Source: Candidatus Parcubacteria bacterium
GTDB lineage: Bacteria > Patescibacteriota > Minisyncoccia > JACPXH01
Direction: 5' to 3'
Assembly: GCA_016196625.1 (NCBI GenBank)
Contig: JACPXH010000004.1
Span: 71,993 to 135,992, forward strand
Length of the DNA stretch: 64,000 bases
The notes beneath the pieces were generated by a model. It was not told the DNA's origin, searched no databases, and worked only from the letters and a program-made list of their open reading frames with translations. Of this stretch, positions 58,230-64,000 are shown in pieces. Made by a program: the position numbers and the translations under genes. The stretch's first letter is position 1; each line of letters begins with the position of its first letter.

Positions 58230-58808
58230 TCAAGGACGATACGCCGGGGCAGAAAAAACCCGGGCTCGGTTCACCGGCCAAGCTCTCACCCAGACTCGGC
58301 CGACGATATCGCGCCGAGGCACCGGGCCCCAGCGGCGCGAATCATAGCTGACGGCACGATTATCGCCCAACACAAAGTACTCTCCGTCGCCCAGGGTAAT
58401 CGTCGTCTCGCCGCTGCTATCGGGGCTTCGCGAGTAAGACTCGGTAAGACGCATACCGGCCGGACTAAAGCTGTTCACGATCCATAACACTCCGTTACGG
58501 ATCTGAACGGTCTCGCCGGGAAGGCCGATAATCCGTTTAATAAAAAACTGCGATTCGTTTTGCGGGAACCGAAAGACGACCACCTCCCCCCGTTCGGGCG
58601 AGCGGAACGAATAAGAGATTTCGTCAATGAGCAGGTACTCGCCGTCGGCAAACGTTGGCTCCATTGAAGCGCCATGCACTAGGAACGGCTGGAACAGGAA
58701 CGTGCGCAGGAGAAAGGCAATGCCAAAGGCCGCTACTCCGATTACTAGGAGCTCCCACCCGAATCTTCCCGCTGATCTGTGCGGCCAATGCTTCGCTCCC
58801 AGAGCCAT
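58230..58808 (-). CDS. lepB: Signal peptidase I
   Basis: GASMEPT (Ser) and KRIIGLPGE (Lys) boxes. Confidence 0.85.
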   Translation of the reverse strand: MALGAKHWPHRSAGRFGWELLVIGVAAFGIAFLLRTFLFQPFLVHGASMEPTFADGEYLLIDEISYSFRSPERGEVVVFRFPQNESQFFIKRIIGLPGETVQIRNGVLWIVNSFSPAGMRLTESYSRSPDSSGETTITLGDGEYFVLGDNRAVSYDSRRWGPVPRRDIVGRVWVRAWPVNRARVFSAPAYRP

Positions 58809-58877
58809 AACGGGACCAATTGTACCACGGCCCTCACCCTCTTACAAGCAGCCTGAGTTTTCTGCTACCATCTAAAG

Positions 58878-59861
58878 ATGCGACTACCGAAGACTGCCGC
58901 TCTTGGCGCGCTTGGGCTTGCCGGTTTTGCCGGACTCGTGGTGCTGGCGCGTTCGGAAAATGAGTTCGCCGTAGCTATCCGTTCCGCCGCCGGATTCAAC
59001 GAGACCCGACGGCAATCCCCGGCTCCGTCTTCCTTCACCGCCCGCATCCTGGTGGCAGGCATCCCGGGCGAAGGCAACCCGGCCCCGGATCTAACTGATA
59101 CTATCCTCGTGGCTCAACTTACCCACACGCCGCCCGCCGCACCCACACTGCAACTCGTCTCCATCCCTCGGGACTTAGCCGTGGCGGGATCAGACGGCGC
59201 TCTCCAACGCGTCAACAGTATCTACGCCGAGGCAAAGGCGCGCCACCAACCGACAGCTACAGTGGCAACGCTAAAAGAAATAGTCGAACGCGTCATACGC
59301 CTGCCCATCCCCAATGCAGCCTTGGTTGATCTGACTGCCTTTCGAGAAGTAGTGTCCGTTCTCGGCGGCGTTAACGTGGAAGTTCCGGAGACGATTGCCG
59401 ATCACCTTTTCCCCACTGCCGGTGGCGGCACCGAAACGTTCGCCATTGAAGCCGGCTGGCGCTACCTCGACGCCGCAACAGCGGAAAAATACATCCGCAC
59501 GCGCCATGGCGGCCGCGGAGATTTTGACCGCGTCCGACGTCAGCAGTATGTACTCGAGGCAATCCACAAAAAAATTCTGGGGTTGAACCCCCTCGCCGAC
59601 TTACACACCATTCTCGAACTAACCACTATTTTGAGACGCCGGGTGCTCACGGATCTCGCCATCGACGACGTCCGCCGACTCCTTGAAGAAAGCCGTGGGC
59701 TTGTGAGCGCCAACGTCCGCGTGCTCGATCTCGCTTCTGATCCGGCGGGTCTTGTCGAGGGAGACCGGCTGGGCGAAGCACAGGTGGTCCGGCCCCGCGC
59801 CGGCTGGACAGACTATACGGAAATTCAAAAGCGCGTCGGAGACTTTTTTCAAATACCATGA
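58878..59861 (+). CDS. LytR-CpsA-Psr (LCP) family cell-envelope phosphotransferase
   Basis: N-terminal TM, DTILVAQL...LVSIPRD, LCP domain. Confidence 0.75.
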   Translation: MRLPKTAALGALGLAGFAGLVVLARSENEFAVAIRSAAGFNETRRQSPAPSSFTARILVAGIPGEGNPAPDLTDTILVAQLTHTPPAAPTLQLVSIPRDLAVAGSDGALQRVNSIYAEAKARHQPTATVATLKEIVERVIRLPIPNAALVDLTAFREVVSVLGGVNVEVPETIADHLFPTAGGGTETFAIEAGWRYLDAATAEKYIRTRHGGRGDFDRVRRQQYVLEAIHKKILGLNPLADLHTILELTTILRRRVLTDLAIDDVRRLLEESRGLVSANVRVLDLASDPAGLVEGDRLGEAQVVRPRAGWTDYTEIQKRVGDFFQIP

Positions 59862-60418
59862 AGTTGATCGTCGGCCTTGGAAACGTGGGCCGGGACTACG
59901 AACGCACCCGACACAACATTGGGTTTCGGGTGGCAGACGCGCTCTCTGCGGCGTGGGGGCTTACGTGGCGGGAACGCGCCGACTGTGAGGCGACCGTCGC
60001 AGAGGGATCGCGGGATGGTGCGAAAATCGTCCTCGCAAAGCCCGCAACAATGATGAACGACTCCGGTCGGGCGGTTGCGAAGCTTGGTCATTACTACCGT
60101 CTCACGCCCGGAGAGATCCTCGTCGCCCACGACGATGTGGACCTCTCTTTCGGTGAAATCCGCATTGAGGCAGGCCGCGGCTCGGCCGGCCACCGCGGGG
60201 TGGAGTCGCTGATCGAAGCGCTCGGCACGAAGGAGTTTCATCGCGTTCGCATCGGCGTCCGGAACGGACAGTACCGACCGGGCACAAAGACCGCCGACGA
60301 ATTCGTGCTCGCCGATTTTACGAACGAAGAAGAAAAACAACTTCCCGCAATCATCCAAAAAGCAATCGCCGCCATAGAAGCGAGCTTCGATGGCGGCCAA
60401 CCAGACAATGCGCAGTGA
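59858..60418 (+). CDS. pth: Peptidyl-tRNA hydrolase
   Basis: LIVGLGNVGRDYERTRHNIGF signature. Confidence 0.9.
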   Translation: MKLIVGLGNVGRDYERTRHNIGFRVADALSAAWGLTWRERADCEATVAEGSRDGAKIVLAKPATMMNDSGRAVAKLGHYYRLTPGEILVAHDDVDLSFGEIRIEAGRGSAGHRGVESLIEALGTKEFHRVRIGVRNGQYRPGTKTADEFVLADFTNEEEKQLPAIIQKAIAAIEASFDGGQPDNAQ

Positions 60419-60424
60419 TCAACG

Positions 60425-60526
60425 TCACGGGCGCATCTCGGCGCTCTCCCAATAATAGAGAACGACAAAAACTAAGGCCACCGCCGTGGCGAAGAAAGAC
60501 CCGAGGAGCAAGAGCCACCATGACAT
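60425..60526 (-). CDS. Candidate 33-aa hydrophobic micropeptide
   Basis: Hand-translated MSWWLLLLGSFFATAVALVFVVLYYWESAEMRP. SD AAGGAG 6 nt upstream. Below the ORF-track size cut-off. Confidence 0.3.
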   Translation of the reverse strand: MSWWLLLLGSFFATAVALVFVVLYYWESAEMRP

Positions 60527-60567
60527 CGAACGCTCCTTCGCGCTAAAGATCGGTTTCGTGCCCGTGG

Positions 60568-60801
60568 TCAAGCTCGCCGCTCACCCGAGCAGCAACTACC
60601 ACCGCGAAGTGCCGGAGTCGTCGGAAAAACTCGGCGATCGAACGAATCCACCCCATAGGTCCTCCCCGACGACCTAGCCGAAGATTCGACCAGGTCGTCT
60701 GTCTCGCCAGCCCCCGCAAAGACGGCATATCCCACGAGAGCTACGGAAACACCCAGACCAATGCCTGCCAATACGAACGTCAGTATCACTCCCCTCCCCA
60801 T
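60568..60801 (-). CDS. Candidate small single-TM membrane protein (72-77 aa)
   Basis: TM helix VILTFVLAGIGLGVSVALVGYAVFAGAG. TATAAT box immediately upstream. GGGAGGGGAG SD-like run at the start. Confidence 0.3.
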   Translation of the reverse strand: MGRGVILTFVLAGIGLGVSVALVGYAVFAGAGETDDLVESSARSSGRTYGVDSFDRRVFPTTPALRGGSCCSGERRA

Positions 60802-61004
60802 TATAAAAAGGACGCTTAAACCACAATGCCCCTGACCCTACCGACGAGCGTCGGAGCACCCCCGTAATAACAGGAAGCCCCGATACTTTCGGCCGGGTAC
60901 CACCTAGGAGGGATGGCGGCACCGTGTGGCCACTCGCCGGATAGGGCAAGGAGCACTCTGGCGAAAAGCCCGACTGCGAATTATGATGGCGCCGAACTGC
61001 GGCA

Positions 61005-62984
61005 GTGTCAAGCCAACCCGCGCAAGACCAAACCTATCTCATCATCCCCGGGCTGACCCCCACTTTTATGGGTCGGCCGGCATTATGGTTTTCCGAAAAC
61101 GCCGAACACATCCGGAGAGCGGTCCTGGCCGATCCGTGGTGGCAAAAACACGCACTCATCATTGACGCGGCTGAACGCCGCCTCGTTTCAAAAACGATCC
61201 GCGAGCTGGCTGAACTCGGCTACGAACGCGTAAACTCCCTTGAGCACGTAGGACAGTTTAGGGTGCTGGGAGATACGCTTGATGTGTTCCCGCTCGCCGC
61301 CGCGCACCCGTGGCGCATTGAGTTCCTCGGCAACACGGTCGAAGCCATCCGGGAACTTACCGCTGATCTACCGGCCCCGCGCGCGAAATTCAAGCTCAAA
61401 GAGGAGATTCTGCGCGAAGGCGATTATGTGGTGCACGCAGACCACGGCATTGGCGTTTTCCGGGGGACAATCTTAGACCCATTAACCGGGCAGAATTTCC
61501 TTGCTCTTGCCTATGCGCCACCACCCCGCCCGAACGCACCGCCCGATCGGCTGCTCGTGCCGCCGGACCAACGCGAGAAAATTACGCGGTACATCGGTTT
61601 TGACAAACCGACGGTGCACCGCCTCGGCGGATCTGTCTGGCTTAAAACCAGACAACGCGTAAAAGAAGAAACATTGGCACTGGCTAAACAACTGCTCGAA
61701 CTCTACGCCAGCCGAGAGTTGGCACGGCGCCCGCCAGCGCTCGGCGAAGGAGACCTGGAAGCGGCGCTCGCGGCAAGTTTCGAGCATGCGGAAACGCAGG
61801 CTCAGACGCAGGCTCTTCAAGAAATTCTTGCCGATCTCTCGTCTGATCGACCCATGGATCGGGTACTGGTGGCAGATGTCGGCTTTGGGAAAACCGAAGT
61901 GGCGCTTCGGGCCGCCGGACGAGTACTCGCCTCGGGTCGACAGGTAGCGTTCATCGCGCCGACCACCATCCTCGCCCACCAGCATATTTCTACCATTGCG
62001 CCTCGCCTGGCGCCGCTTGGCTTTGCGGTGGCCGCGCTCTCCCGTCTCACCTCAAAACCGGAAGTGGTACAAACGCTCGCTGGCCTACGGACCGGAACGG
62101 TAGACTGCGTAGTTGGCACCCACCGGCTCCTCTCCCGAGACGTGTCATTCAAAAACCTCGGTTTACTCATTATTGACGAAGAGCAGCGCTTCGGCGTCCG
62201 CCACAAGGAACGGTTTAAAGAGCTCCGTCACGATCTCGACGTGCTCTCGCTCTCGGCCACTCCCATCCCCCGCACGCTCTACCTTGCGCTATCTAACCTA
62301 CGCGCCGTCTCCACCATCACCGCTGCCCCGCCGGGACGGCTCCCTACCCGGACCTACGTACTCCCCTTTTCTTGGAAACTGGTGCGCGAGGCAATTCAGG
62401 CCGAGCTCAAACGGGGAGGTCAAGTCTATTATTTGCACAACCGCATCGAGACCATTCAGGCGGTGCTGCGCCGCCTTGAGACCAGTCTGCCCCGCGCCCG
62501 GATCGCGGTTGTGCACGGCCGGATCTCGGAACGAATGCTAGTTGAAACGATGGCTCGATTCCGTGAAGATGCCGTCCAGGTGCTGGTCGCGACCACCATT
62601 ATTGAAAACGGACTTGACTTCTCGAACGCGAACACGCTCATCGTAGACAATGCCCTGCGCCTCGGGCTGGCGCAGGCCCACCAGTTGCGGGGCCGCATCG
62701 GTCGGGGTACTACAGAAGCCTACGCGTACTTCCTTTACCGTTCCCGGCATCTGACCGCTGCGGCACGGGAACGACTTGAAGCCCTCGAAGAACTGCAACA
62801 CCTAGGAGCTGGCTACGAGATCGCTCTGCGAGACCTTGAGCTGCGCGGCGCGGGCAACGTCTTGGGCCGCGAACAGTCGGGGTCCCTAAATCAAGTTGGC
62901 CTTAACCTCTACTGTGATATGCTGGCAGAAGCGGTGGAGACGTTGCGGGAACACCAAAATGCAAAAGTCAAAACTTTATCCTGA
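61005..62984 (+). CDS. mfd: Transcription-repair coupling factor Mfd, short form lacking the UvrB-homology N-terminal domains
   Basis: RNAP-interaction-like region, SF2 helicase motifs (GFGKTEVA, DEEQRFG, SATPIPRT) and TRG motif. GTG start. Confidence 0.85.
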   Translation: MSSQPAQDQTYLIIPGLTPTFMGRPALWFSENAEHIRRAVLADPWWQKHALIIDAAERRLVSKTIRELAELGYERVNSLEHVGQFRVLGDTLDVFPLAAAHPWRIEFLGNTVEAIRELTADLPAPRAKFKLKEEILREGDYVVHADHGIGVFRGTILDPLTGQNFLALAYAPPPRPNAPPDRLLVPPDQREKITRYIGFDKPTVHRLGGSVWLKTRQRVKEETLALAKQLLELYASRELARRPPALGEGDLEAALAASFEHAETQAQTQALQEILADLSSDRPMDRVLVADVGFGKTEVALRAAGRVLASGRQVAFIAPTTILAHQHISTIAPRLAPLGFAVAALSRLTSKPEVVQTLAGLRTGTVDCVVGTHRLLSRDVSFKNLGLLIIDEEQRFGVRHKERFKELRHDLDVLSLSATPIPRTLYLALSNLRAVSTITAAPPGRLPTRTYVLPFSWKLVREAIQAELKRGGQVYYLHNRIETIQAVLRRLETSLPRARIAVVHGRISERMLVETMARFREDAVQVLVATTIIENGLDFSNANTLIVDNALRLGLAQAHQLRGRIGRGTTEAYAYFLYRSRHLTAAARERLEALEELQHLGAGYEIALRDLELRGAGNVLGREQSGSLNQVGLNLYCDMLAEAVETLREHQNAKVKTLS

Positions 62985-63047
62985 GCCGCGTCGAAGAACA
63001 AAAATAAAGTAGCGCCTCTGGAGAACGATAGAAAATCCTTTGCGTCT

Positions 63048-63674
63048 ATGACAGCTATCCCCGATAACACCATAGCTACGTATAGCAAAATCGCGGAGCG
63101 TTACGACGCGCTCCACTTCACTCCAGAATTCTGGCAACGAGAGTTCAAAGTATTTTCGCGGTTGATACCTGGACGCCACGTGCTCGATATCGGGTGTGGT
63201 ACCGGACGTGATGCAGTTTTGTTTACGAATCACAAGTTCGACTACGTTGGGATTGACGGTTCACGAAACATGCTGCGCATTGCCCGGAGACGCGCGCCGC
63301 GGGGGAAATTCCTACTCATGAATTTCTATCGGCTCCGCTTCCCAGCCGAGACGTTCGACGGCTTCTGGGCTGGCGCCTCACTCCTCCACATTCCGAAAAA
63401 GAAACTGGGTTCGGTTCTACGCTCGATTCGGAAAATCGTAAGAAGAGGAGGCGTTGGTTTTGTCTCCATTAAGGAAAAAAGGACGGTAGACGAAGCAATC
63501 ATCACAGAAGAAAAATATGGTAACCAGTCGCGCTTCTTTGCATTCTATGGTCGAGACGAATTTGCCAAGGCCTTAAAACAGAACGGCTTTCGGCTTATTA
63601 AATTCCACACAAAGAAACGCCGAAGTCCGCAGAGCACTGACTGGCTCTGCTATTTCGTGAGGAGAATATCGTGA
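63048..63674 (+). CDS. Class I SAM-dependent methyltransferase
   Basis: VLDIGCGTGRD motif I and downstream MTase motifs. Confidence 0.75.
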   Translation: MTAIPDNTIATYSKIAERYDALHFTPEFWQREFKVFSRLIPGRHVLDIGCGTGRDAVLFTNHKFDYVGIDGSRNMLRIARRRAPRGKFLLMNFYRLRFPAETFDGFWAGASLLHIPKKKLGSVLRSIRKIVRRGGVGFVSIKEKRTVDEAIITEEKYGNQSRFFAFYGRDEFAKALKQNGFRLIKFHTKKRRSPQSTDWLCYFVRRIS

Positions 63675-64000
63675 GCGAAATCACCATCATCGGTCGCACC
63701 GACTCCCGTTACCCAACGCTGCTTGCAGAAATTGCCCAACCGCCCGAGACTCTGTACGTCCGCGGCTCGCTCGAAGCATTGAACGCGCCGTGTCTCGCGG
63801 TCGTAGGCACGCGCACGCCGTCTGCGTACGGCAAACAAGTAGCGCCGGCGCTCGTTGCGGCGCTCGCCCGCGCCGGAATCACTATCGTAAGCGGTCTGGC
63901 AATCGGTATTGATACGCTGGCGCACGAAGCCGCACTGGAGGTTGGCGGCCGGACCGTCGCAGTGTTGGGTTCGGGCGTAGATGAAACGAGCCTCTACCCG
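63671..64000 (+). CDS. dprA: DNA-processing protein DprA (Smf), 5' part; continues beyond window
   Basis: LAVVGTRTPSAYGKQVA...IVSGLAIGIDTLAHEAAL Rossmann-like DprA core. GTG start overlaps the MTase stop. Confidence 0.75.
   Translation, partial: MSEITIIGRTDSRYPTLLAEIAQPPETLYVRGSLEALNAPCLAVVGTRTPSAYGKQVAPALVAALARAGITIVSGLAIGIDTLAHEAALEVGGRTVAVLGSGVDETSLYP

Noticed and set aside
1-64000. CRISPR arrays, IS elements, integrases and rRNA genes
   Set aside because: No regularly spaced direct repeats, transposase or integrase motifs, or rRNA-like segments were seen anywhere in the window.

Overview
The window is 64 kb of a high-GC (~60%) bacterial chromosome. Most genes are on the minus strand. 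The core is a complete str/S10/spc ribosomal supercluster (rpsL through secY, 21.8-36.9 kb) followed by adk and map. No rpmD (L30) gene lies between rpsE and rplO. That absence, together with a short-form Mfd, a split ComEC and few mur genes, fits a Patescibacteria/CPR-like reduced genome; this is an inference and not proven. Other housekeeping genes present are recJ, idi, pgk, tpiA, NDH-2, dedA, galT, a GT2 transferase, ruvX, a class II B12-dependent RNR (nrdJ) next to a corrinoid adenosyltransferase, ftsA/ftsZ, ybeY, rpsU, hisS, lepB, an LCP protein, pth, mfd, dprA, murF and ddl. The 5' 10 kb carries secreted and surface accessory genes: a metzincin protease, an 800-aa YVTN beta-propeller protein, a lipase and a large secreted protein. 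There are two RNA genes: a canonical tRNA-Pro(GGG) and a tRNA-like gene with a non-canonical anticodon loop. Several features depart from the rest of the window. Two low-GC islets sit next to these tRNA genes. One holds a Cys-rich orphan gene. The other holds a promoter, leader and two SD-driven overlapping small ORFs that may form a toxin-antitoxin-like cassette. A Phd/YefM-like mini-gene is inserted between fusA and tuf. Three GC-rich structured inserts lie in the normally compact secY-adk-map region, one of which duplicates the map 5' end. ComEC is split into two ORFs. An AT-rich palindromic operator lies upstream of comEC. An intrinsic terminator sits between rpsJ and rplC.
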